This document shows positions 18,840 through 27,397 of a DNA stretch of 64,000 nucleotides, one piece after another. The stretch is from a virus: IMG/VR virus record IMGVR_UViG_3300006923_000018, positions 12,281-76,280 of that record; one strand, written 5' to 3'. Positions within the stretch are counted from its first letter, which is position 1. Each line of letters begins with the position of its first letter. Below the pieces are notes generated by a model, which was given only the letters and a program-made list of their open reading frames with translations, had not been told where the DNA came from and searched no databases. Position numbers and translations under genes: made by a program.

Positions 18840-21800
18840 ATGGCTAAGGCGAACTTAGGCGAGCTTTTAATTAAGATCGGCGTCGATACTAAGAAACTCG
18901 ATGCCGGTCTTACTGATGCTGGTAACAGTTTAAAAAGGTTTGGTGTAAGTTCTAGGGCTATTTCTGCTGGTGTTACCGCAGCTTTCGCGGGTATGACGCT
19001 CGCAGTGGCGGCGTTCGGGAAGGCTACTACAGAGGTTGGTGCTGGATTTGAGCAATCAATGGCAACAGTGGGTGCTGTTGCTGGTTCAACAGAGGCTCAG
19101 CTTGGCCTCATGGAGACCAGGGCTCGTGAAGTTGGTCGAAGCACTTTATTTACTGCTCGCCAGAGCGCAGATGCGATGGTTGAGTTTGCTCGCGCAGGCT
19201 TTAAGGCTGGTGAAATCATCTCGGCCACTGAGCCAGCCATTAACCTGGCTGGTGCAACTGCGGCTAATCTGACTAGTGCTGTAAAGGGAGTAGCGGCGGC
19301 GCTAAAGGTATTTCAACTCGACGCTGGTGAGGCTGCTCGTGTAGCAGATGTTTTTGCTGTAGCCACTCAGAATTCATTGTTTGATTTGCAGGGTTTAATT
19401 GATGCTATGAAGTATGGCGGTCCCGCTGCCGCTGCGTTTGGTCTAAGTATTGAGCAGGGAACTGCCTATATGATGGTCCTGCGAAACTTGGGTTTAGAGG
19501 CGAGTCAGGCTGGTGTATATCTTCGTCAGATTTTAACTAGCGCGGCCAACTTAACACCAAAGGCTGCTAAGATATTTTCTGCGGTTGGTATATCTGCTGA
19601 GGAACTTGACCCAACCATTAATCATCTTGACGATATTATTAGAAGACTTGGCGACACTACTGAGCTGAGTGGTAAAAAGATTCAATCTGCGTTTGGAACT
19701 CGTGGTGGTCCGATTGTTGCAGCCCTGGTTAAGCAATATCGTACACTTGGAGAGGAAGGGCTCCATTTCCTTAAGTTTCAAGAACAACTGGCTGAATCCG
19801 CAGGCGAAGCGGAAAAGATGTATATCCGGCAGATTGATACTGTAATTGGCCAGTTTACTATTGCGAAGTCAGCAATGGAAGACTTGTTCATTGCGATGTT
19901 CTTTGGATTTAATTTAGAGCTAAAAGATCTCGGGACTGCATTTGCGGAGCTATTTAACGCAATCCGAATTGAACTTAGTTCGAGTGGTTTCAGTGACTTC
20001 GGTGAGCCAATTAACGACTTCGCTGCCATCCTGAGAAACAACAAAGAGGGAATTGCGAAAGCATTTGTTGGCTTTGCTGAGGCCATTGCTGGTGTCGGAA
20101 ACGCCCTAAATACGCTATTGCTTGTACTCCCGCTGGTACTTTTTGTATTTAATAATTTCAAAGGACTGCTCTATGGTCTGGCTACTGGTGGTTTCGTCCT
20201 GGCTACTAGCTGGGTAGTTCAGTTCGCTGGTGGACTCGCGACAACAGGAATTGTTTACGGGCGGTTCACGGGTGCGGTCGCCTACGCAACGGTTGCTCTG
20301 GGCGAATTCACAGCAGCGCTGGCCTTGTCAACGGGCGCTGTGCTGGGGATAGCGGCTGCTATTGGGGTGGTTGTTTACGCGCTATTCCGGTGGAAAACAG
20401 CAGAAGAAGATCTCGCAGCCATTAGAAATAAGAAAAAGGCACAGAGATACGCTGAGCTTCAGCATCTTACAGATCTGAGGCAGTCTACTGATGCAATGGT
20501 CCTCTCTTTAATTGATCGTGCAGTTAAAGAGAAAACCCTCTCTGAAGAATTAAAGATTCAACTGAGACAGCTTAGCGTCTTAAATCGAAAGCAAATTGAA
20601 ACGGGATTGGCAGCAGGAACTCTGTTTGAAACTTCAGAAAATGCTGTCATGTCTTTGGCTGCTGCCTTTGAGATGCAAAAACAAGGGATGACGGGTGCTG
20701 ATCGCTATCTTCGTGATGCAGAAAAGCATCGGCGCGGGTCACTAAAAAGTGCAGCAGACCTAAAGGCTGAAAACGCGACATTAGTTCAGCAGTATGACGC
20801 CATTATCAAAAAGCATGAAGGTACAGCGCTTGCGCAAGCTGCGGTTCGTAAAGAGGCAAGCACGCTTTTTGGTGAAGAGGTAAATAGCACTGAAGATGTC
20901 ATTCGTGTATATGATAAGCGCGAAGAAAAGGTGGAGGAATTAATTGGAGGCGCCAACAGGCTCTATGAGGCGCTTAAGATGGGAAAGATAGCTCATGGGT
21001 TATCTCTTCATAGTAAATTAATCTCCAATATTACTGGAAAAACAGCAAAGCAAGCAAAGGAAGAGAAAAATCTAGCAAATGCAATACTTAAGCGACTAGA
21101 GTTTGAGCTTAAGCTGATGCGGGAGATTGAGAATCTTCGAACCAGGGGCGCAACTACTAGGAAAAACGATTTAGCGGCCAGTATAGAGGCGGCGGAAAAA
21201 CTATATGCTGCCGAAATAGCGGCTGCGCTGGAGATGGGCTTAGAAATTGCTGCCATAGAGTCAGATCTGGTAGAAACTATAAGCAATCTTAAGCTTAGAT
21301 CTCGTCTTGAAACCATTAATAAGCTGAAAGATATTGAAGAGGACGCGATTAAAAAAACGCGTTCAATGAGGGAGATGACTCAGGCTGAAGAGCTTCATTC
21401 AGAGTATCTCACGGCAGAAGCAAACTTAGATAGAATTTATCAGTTAGAAGTTGACGCTAATAATTGGAGTTGGGAACTTGCTAAGACATTTGAGGATGCA
21501 AAGCTTGCTCTTCAAAGAGAAGCAATCGCAAAAGCTGAAGAGATACGGCGTAATGACGAAAAGAAGCGTCTTGCTGATATTGAGCGAATCACTACAGAAA
21601 TAAGCACTAGAGATTTAAAAGAATCAGAGCGTTTAGCATCTGAAAAGGCTCAGATTTTATCTCAGCTTAAAAGGGACGAGGTAGGCAAGCGGGAAGTTAT
21701 AGAATCTGATTATGATTATAGAATTCGGCAGGCCCGAAAGGAGGAACGCCGAAATATAATAGAGTTTATTAATTGGAGAATAAGAAGAGGGCGGGAAGGT

Positions 21801-23369
21801 GTTAAGCGGATGCTTAATGCGGCGAAGGGCAAGGTTGCTCCTTTTATTATAGCTTTATTTGGCAGGGATAAAGAGTCTGATAAATACATGAAGCGTCAGG
21901 CTGGAAAAGCCTGGAAAGAAGCCCTAAAGCTTCAAAGGAAAATGGATCGTCAGGCAACAATAAATGAGCGCCGGAAAAGTAAGGGTAAGCCGGAAAAGGA
22001 GTTTGGACGTTTAAAAGAGTCCGCAAAAGAGGCGGCACAAGGGATTGCACAGATAATGGGTGCGACCTTGGGCGCTGTTGGCGCGGGTGCGGTGAAGGCT
22101 GTTGGGATGATGAAGTCTATAGCAGGGGCTTTTTCTTCTGTTGTAAGCAAGTTTTCTGGATTCTCATTTAGTCCAGCAGCTATGGCGCAGGAGCTTGCTG
22201 CGGCTAAGGCGGCTGCCGACGAAGAGGGTGCTGGGTTTAGCTATGCTAAAGAGGCTCGCAAGTATGTAGACGGCCTTGTTGATCAGGCAATTGGCTTTGC
22301 AGACGGTTTGGCTAAGGGTCTTGGTCCTGCACTTGAGCAGATAGCCGAACGTCTACCTGATTTATTAGATGCGATTATTGCAGCAATTCCGAAAGTGGTT
22401 CAGGCGATTGTAGATGTACTGCCTGGGCTTATTATGACCATCATTAACAAGCTTCCCGAGTTATTTTCAGCTTTGGTTAATGGATTAGTTGATGTTGCCT
22501 TAGCTCTATTTGATGCTTTACCGGAGATGTTGACGCAGTTCCTTAGTGTTGCTCTGCCTGACATGATTACAACTCTTCTAGCAGCAATTCCTAAGATCAT
22601 TGATGGATTTGTTAAGGCTCTCCCTGATATTCTTACAGCTATTATTGATTCTATTCCGATAATCATAGAAGCAATTATCATGGGTTTGCCCGATATAGTT
22701 ATTTCTATAATTAAAGCTATTCCAATCATTGTGATTGAACTTATAAAGGCAATCCCAAGGCTAATAGTTGCTATTGTTTGGGGGATACTTAAGGCATTAG
22801 GCGCGGTAGTTGGTGAGCTAGGCAAGATTATTGCAGAGGCTTTTGTTGGCGTGTTTAATTTCTTTAAGGATTGGATGGGGAGTCTCAAGGAGACGTTTAA
22901 GGGTGATCCCGAGAAAAGTAAGTCCCACAAGATTTGGACAACTATAGGAGACATTTTTACTTTAGGGGGTGTATCACGGTGGAAAAAGAATAAGGCGGAA
23001 GCATACGAGGAGCTTGGCCGAGAAATGCCCACTGGCGGGAATGCCTACTCTGGAATCAATTATGTCCCAGCGAATATGCGGGTAAATGTTCATAAGGGTG
23101 AAGCCATTATCCCTGCAAGCCGCAATGCTCAGGGGGATAAAGGGGGCATGAACCGTGCCGCGCCAGCCTCTTACGGAGGGGGTCCGGGTGGCGGCGGCAT
23201 GGGTCAGCCTATAGATATTGCAATTATGGCAGAGGGTCGTCTTCTGGACGCGGTTCAGATCACTGCTATGCGTCGTGGTCATGCCCCTGAAATCAAAAGT
23301 GAGCTACGTCGCGCATCAGGTGTGACTGTTGGATTTAATCGTGGATCTTTCGACTATTGGACTAAGTAA
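18840..23369 (+). CDS. Tape measure protein (TP901-like core)
   Basis: FEQSMATVGAVAG..ARQSADAM..ARAG core, long coiled coil, amphipathic 'I..LP.I' repeats, VHKGEAIIPA C-terminus. Confidence 0.93.
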   Translation: MAKANLGELLIKIGVDTKKLDAGLTDAGNSLKRFGVSSRAISAGVTAAFAGMTLAVAAFGKATTEVGAGFEQSMATVGAVAGSTEAQLGLMETRAREVGRSTLFTARQSADAMVEFARAGFKAGEIISATEPAINLAGATAANLTSAVKGVAAALKVFQLDAGEAARVADVFAVATQNSLFDLQGLIDAMKYGGPAAAAFGLSIEQGTAYMMVLRNLGLEASQAGVYLRQILTSAANLTPKAAKIFSAVGISAEELDPTINHLDDIIRRLGDTTELSGKKIQSAFGTRGGPIVAALVKQYRTLGEEGLHFLKFQEQLAESAGEAEKMYIRQIDTVIGQFTIAKSAMEDLFIAMFFGFNLELKDLGTAFAELFNAIRIELSSSGFSDFGEPINDFAAILRNNKEGIAKAFVGFAEAIAGVGNALNTLLLVLPLVLFVFNNFKGLLYGLATGGFVLATSWVVQFAGGLATTGIVYGRFTGAVAYATVALGEFTAALALSTGAVLGIAAAIGVVVYALFRWKTAEEDLAAIRNKKKAQRYAELQHLTDLRQSTDAMVLSLIDRAVKEKTLSEELKIQLRQLSVLNRKQIETGLAAGTLFETSENAVMSLAAAFEMQKQGMTGADRYLRDAEKHRRGSLKSAADLKAENATLVQQYDAIIKKHEGTALAQAAVRKEASTLFGEEVNSTEDVIRVYDKREEKVEELIGGANRLYEALKMGKIAHGLSLHSKLISNITGKTAKQAKEEKNLANAILKRLEFELKLMREIENLRTRGATTRKNDLAASIEAAEKLYAAEIAAALEMGLEIAAIESDLVETISNLKLRSRLETINKLKDIEEDAIKKTRSMREMTQAEELHSEYLTAEANLDRIYQLEVDANNWSWELAKTFEDAKLALQREAIAKAEEIRRNDEKKRLADIERITTEISTRDLKESERLASEKAQILSQLKRDEVGKREVIESDYDYRIRQARKEERRNIIEFINWRIRRGREGVKRMLNAAKGKVAPFIIALFGRDKESDKYMKRQAGKAWKEALKLQRKMDRQATINERRKSKGKPEKEFGRLKESAKEAAQGIAQIMGATLGAVGAGAVKAVGMMKSIAGAFSSVVSKFSGFSFSPAAMAQELAAAKAAADEEGAGFSYAKEARKYVDGLVDQAIGFADGLAKGLGPALEQIAERLPDLLDAIIAAIPKVVQAIVDVLPGLIMTIINKLPELFSALVNGLVDVALALFDALPEMLTQFLSVALPDMITTLLAAIPKIIDGFVKALPDILTAIIDSIPIIIEAIIMGLPDIVISIIKAIPIIVIELIKAIPRLIVAIVWGILKALGAVVGELGKIIAEAFVGVFNFFKDWMGSLKETFKGDPEKSKSHKIWTTIGDIFTLGGVSRWKKNKAEAYEELGREMPTGGNAYSGINYVPANMRVNVHKGEAIIPASRNAQGDKGGMNRAAPASYGGGPGGGGMGQPIDIAIMAEGRLLDAVQITAMRRGHAPEIKSELRRASGVTVGFNRGSFDYWTK

Positions 23370-26300
23370 TGGGTGGACCTAATTCCTATATCATATTTCC
23401 CGAAACAGTATTAACTGGGGAAAATAATGTTGTAAGTGTTCAACCGAACACTGATGGTGAGTACCCTGGCCAGGGTTCAGCAGATTTAAACAATACGGGA
23501 TCTCTAACAGTTGTCCAAACTGGAACTTATAAGGAAGGAGTTTCAACTTCAGCCAAAAAAACAAATTACCGAGTTTGTGATGCCGGTAGTAATTTTGCTG
23601 GTGCAACCTACGGCTGGAAGCCTTCCACGGACCTAGTTTCTCTTGGTGATGGCGCCTTTTTAGTAGATAGTACGAATGCCTTGGCTGCTGGAGATCTAAT
23701 TCTCAACAGGATTAGCATTGGAGATTCTAATAAGTTTGATATCCTAAGCGTAGATTCTAACGATCAATCAGCACTATCCAAATCTATTGCAATTAACTTA
23801 AAGAAAGACCTCCACGGCATTACTGCTACTGGCGCTACCGTCTGGGCACCGTGGGCAAATGTTGGGGCTGGCACAGTAGGGTCTGGTGATATTTTAATCA
23901 ATGATGTAGATATACGTGCTGGAAGCGACATTGTTGTAACTGCAAATGACGGGACAGGAACTTTAGAGGCTGCAATTAATGCAAAGACATGGAAAACTGG
24001 GGTGACTGGAGATCTGGCTGCTGGGACGATGAGGTTGACCAGCGGTGGTTGCAATATCAAGCTTGAGCTAAGTGATAGTGGCGCTACGATTTTAAATGGT
24101 CTTGGTGGGGCTGTTTCCCTAACTCAGTTTGGATATATTACTCTGACGCACGAAACTCATATAGAGATTCGTGGGGCCAATCCTGTCTATATAGGATCTG
24201 TATTTGCTGACGGCTATTACCAGACCCGTGAATGGTATGGCTATGATGACATGCGGTATTTTTATGCTGAGCATGGTGGAATGCTGACCAAGCCAGGATA
24301 CGGAGCATGTTCAGTCTTCTGCAAGTTAGCGATGAGGGAACTTCTATATGTTGCTGAGGCAGCGCCAGGCGAGGGCGAGACAACATCAACTCTTAGAATT
24401 TCTTATCATGATGTTCGTTCTGAGTATGATGATTGGACCAGCACAACAGTAGAGCTTGATAAGGAGTTTGCCACTGGCTTTGGAGATCATAGAGCCGCCT
24501 TGCAGGTATGCGCTATGAGGGACGGGTCTCTGAGGCTACTGACTCAGCAGAATGGCCGTGATTGGGTTTTATGGCATTCTACAGATGGTCTTGTTTGGAA
24601 TAGAATAAACGACAATATTCTGAGACGATTTACCACAGATTTAATGCAGGCTTCTCTTTGGCCCAGAATGGATGCCAGTGGTGATTTTCTTAGAATTGCC
24701 TGGATGGATTACACGTCAACCGGCACTGGAAGTCATGAAGCTCTTACCTATTATCTAAGAACCATTGTTTCGTCGGATGGCGGGGCGTCGTTTACTGAGC
24801 CTACCTTTTCACTATCTCCCTATACAATCAGCGAAGACGGTAAGGGTTCTGATTATTTCATTTGGACAATGGCTGCGCTAGGTGATGAATCTGGGACATT
24901 TTATCTACATTTTTCAACTGGAAGTCTTACACGAAATTTCTATGCTAGGCGTTTAGACGGGTGGGCCGACACGACAATTTTCTTCGCCAATGCTGCTTGG
25001 AACACTACTACGCAGGGCGCACATCTCGGCGCTGTGCGTGGGCCTGATTATTACTATGTATTCTTTCAGTTTCGTCAGCCCAGCGGAAACCCAAGCGCCG
25101 CTTGGATTGCGGAGGGGGCGAGTATGACGGTTTATGAGATAGATCCCTCTGAACCATTAAGCAGTACAAGTTGGCGCCGGTTGGGGATTAGTGGTCAATG
25201 GGATGGGACTTGTAAGTTTCAGCCAGCCCTCATCAGCTTGGTAAACTGCGGTGACTATATTTCTATGTTTGGTGCTCTAGTAGATAATGATACGGATGCT
25301 GCTACACTAGAAGCTGACAATACTTGTTATTTAAGATTTGGAAAATGGGATAAGAAACCTATCAAGGAAACTTATCCAGAGTCATTTCAGACCTCGGCCA
25401 TTGAAGACCTTGTTACCTTGACCCATCAGCCGACTCGCACACTGTATCGTTTAAGCTGGAATGCCGCATTTGGGGCACCTGCGCCTGCATCTAATGCAAG
25501 TGCTTCATCCGATACTACTTGGACCAGAGATCGTCATCAGACAACCCAAAGCTGGAATGCGTGGAGATTTAAGCTTGAAGACCAAGCGACTGTAGGCAAC
25601 TACGGCATCTATACCTTTAGCGACACTGCTAATTTGACTACTCACAATGCTCCAATATGGGGGGTTACTCCATCTATAGCTAACATAGCTGGAAGCTGTA
25701 TTGAATGTGAAATGAGAATTGAACAGATTGAGGAGGGAATACATACAACTGAGATAGTTTTCTTTGGCGTGAAATCGTTTTATGGCACAACTTCAACCTC
25801 AACAAGACAGTTAGAGATCGCACTTTACTTTCATCAAAATGGGTTTGTTGTTTGGGATAAAATTTCAGATTCGTTGGCCACAACCGGAGTGACTGGTTTA
25901 GACATGACTGAATTTCATCTATTCAGAATGGTGTTCAGGCCAAATCCAGGCACGGACAGTAGTAGATGTCAGATTTGGTATAAACAAATAGGGGATTTTG
26001 GAGAAAACGAGTGGGGACACACCCCTGTTTTTACCCCTACCCTTAATTCAGGCCCCGAATCATTTTCTCAGTCTATTCATTTTGGGCACGGCAATGTATC
26101 ATATGGTAGTACAAAACGAATATCACAATGGCGACGGATTGCGGTGCTTGATTATACCGATTGCAATCAGCTTGAAGATGATGATGTCCGATGGCCTGAT
26201 GAGATGCGAGGCCACCTTGTAACTCAGAATCCGGTTCTAATTGATAATCATGCGTCTGCTCGCTGGGGCGGCGGCGGCGGAATGGATAATGATTATTTTA

Positions 26301-27397
26301 CAGCCGAAGCTGATAGCAATTATGCAGTTTCTAATGTATTTATTGACTCTCCAAGGATAGAGTGGCGAAGCGAATCTCATGGCGTTGATGAGTTGACTGA
26401 CGGGCAAATTGTTTTAGTTGCAGATCCCAATGACGAATTCGCTCGAATTCGCTTTGAGGGAATCGCCTTCTTCAACACCAATTTTCTTAGCACGTTCATC
26501 GAATGGTCTGATGACGGAACCACATGGGCCTCGGTGGAAGATGCCATTGACACCCCTTTAATAAGTGCTACGATTTATTCTATTGGTGAAAAGTTTTTTA
26601 TTTTAGATCTTCCGTCTCAAGGCAAACCCATAATTGGGCAGATGCAGACTAATCAAAATAATACTTACTATCTGCAATTTAAGTCAACTGTAGATGAAAC
26701 GACTAAATTTTATACTGTAAAGATTAACAAGCTCGATTATATTGATGGTGACAAGTTTTCTGTATATCTGGATACGGACAAGAACCTAAAAGCATACTTC
26801 GGTGATGAGCTTGGTGCTCCAGTTACGATTCACAGTAATCAATGGGCTTACCGCGCTACTGCTTCTGGTTCGTTTCAGCCTCAAATGTACGGAGTTAGAT
26901 ACCTCCGTTTTACTACCACTGGAAGTTATCCAAGCGCTGAAGGATATTGGAAAGTTGGCCGGATTGTGCTGGGTCCAGTATTAGATTTGGGTGTTCCCTT
27001 AGAGTGGACGCTTGAGAATAATCAGCAGCCAAATGTGACAAAGTATCGAACCCGGAGCGCTATTCAGTGGGCCTTTGTGGAGGGTCCGCCACAAAGAACA
27101 ATCAAAGGTCGCATTGTTGGTGATGTGAAAGAACAAGAGCGCATGAAGCTACGTTACAGTCTTCAGAAGTATTCAGAATACGAAAAGAAGTCATGCGTTT
27201 TAGTCAAAGACAGCACCTCGTACTATGGTAGTGAATCTGACAGCAATTATACTCGTCAAAACTGCAACCCAGACAATGTAATTCTTGGCAGGATTGCTAA
27301 TGGAAGTCCACTGGATCAAATTGCCTGGTATCAGGATGTGGATGGCATCTGGAAGCAGGCGGGTGACGTTGAAATAGAGTTTACGGAGGAGGTCTGA
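23369..27397 (+). CDS. Large tail-tip protein with flagellin-like insertion and BNR/Asp-box repeats
   Basis: After tape measure; STDGLVW, SSDGGASF, SDDGTTW Asp-box-like motifs; C-terminal IEFTEEV. Confidence 0.75.
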   Translation: MGGPNSYIIFPETVLTGENNVVSVQPNTDGEYPGQGSADLNNTGSLTVVQTGTYKEGVSTSAKKTNYRVCDAGSNFAGATYGWKPSTDLVSLGDGAFLVDSTNALAAGDLILNRISIGDSNKFDILSVDSNDQSALSKSIAINLKKDLHGITATGATVWAPWANVGAGTVGSGDILINDVDIRAGSDIVVTANDGTGTLEAAINAKTWKTGVTGDLAAGTMRLTSGGCNIKLELSDSGATILNGLGGAVSLTQFGYITLTHETHIEIRGANPVYIGSVFADGYYQTREWYGYDDMRYFYAEHGGMLTKPGYGACSVFCKLAMRELLYVAEAAPGEGETTSTLRISYHDVRSEYDDWTSTTVELDKEFATGFGDHRAALQVCAMRDGSLRLLTQQNGRDWVLWHSTDGLVWNRINDNILRRFTTDLMQASLWPRMDASGDFLRIAWMDYTSTGTGSHEALTYYLRTIVSSDGGASFTEPTFSLSPYTISEDGKGSDYFIWTMAALGDESGTFYLHFSTGSLTRNFYARRLDGWADTTIFFANAAWNTTTQGAHLGAVRGPDYYYVFFQFRQPSGNPSAAWIAEGASMTVYEIDPSEPLSSTSWRRLGISGQWDGTCKFQPALISLVNCGDYISMFGALVDNDTDAATLEADNTCYLRFGKWDKKPIKETYPESFQTSAIEDLVTLTHQPTRTLYRLSWNAAFGAPAPASNASASSDTTWTRDRHQTTQSWNAWRFKLEDQATVGNYGIYTFSDTANLTTHNAPIWGVTPSIANIAGSCIECEMRIEQIEEGIHTTEIVFFGVKSFYGTTSTSTRQLEIALYFHQNGFVVWDKISDSLATTGVTGLDMTEFHLFRMVFRPNPGTDSSRCQIWYKQIGDFGENEWGHTPVFTPTLNSGPESFSQSIHFGHGNVSYGSTKRISQWRRIAVLDYTDCNQLEDDDVRWPDEMRGHLVTQNPVLIDNHASARWGGGGGMDNDYFTAEADSNYAVSNVFIDSPRIEWRSESHGVDELTDGQIVLVADPNDEFARIRFEGIAFFNTNFLSTFIEWSDDGTTWASVEDAIDTPLISATIYSIGEKFFILDLPSQGKPIIGQMQTNQNNTYYLQFKSTVDETTKFYTVKINKLDYIDGDKFSVYLDTDKNLKAYFGDELGAPVTIHSNQWAYRATASGSFQPQMYGVRYLRFTTTGSYPSAEGYWKVGRIVLGPVLDLGVPLEWTLENNQQPNVTKYRTRSAIQWAFVEGPPQRTIKGRIVGDVKEQERMKLRYSLQKYSEYEKKSCVLVKDSTSYYGSESDSNYTRQNCNPDNVILGRIANGSPLDQIAWYQDVDGIWKQAGDVEIEFTEEV

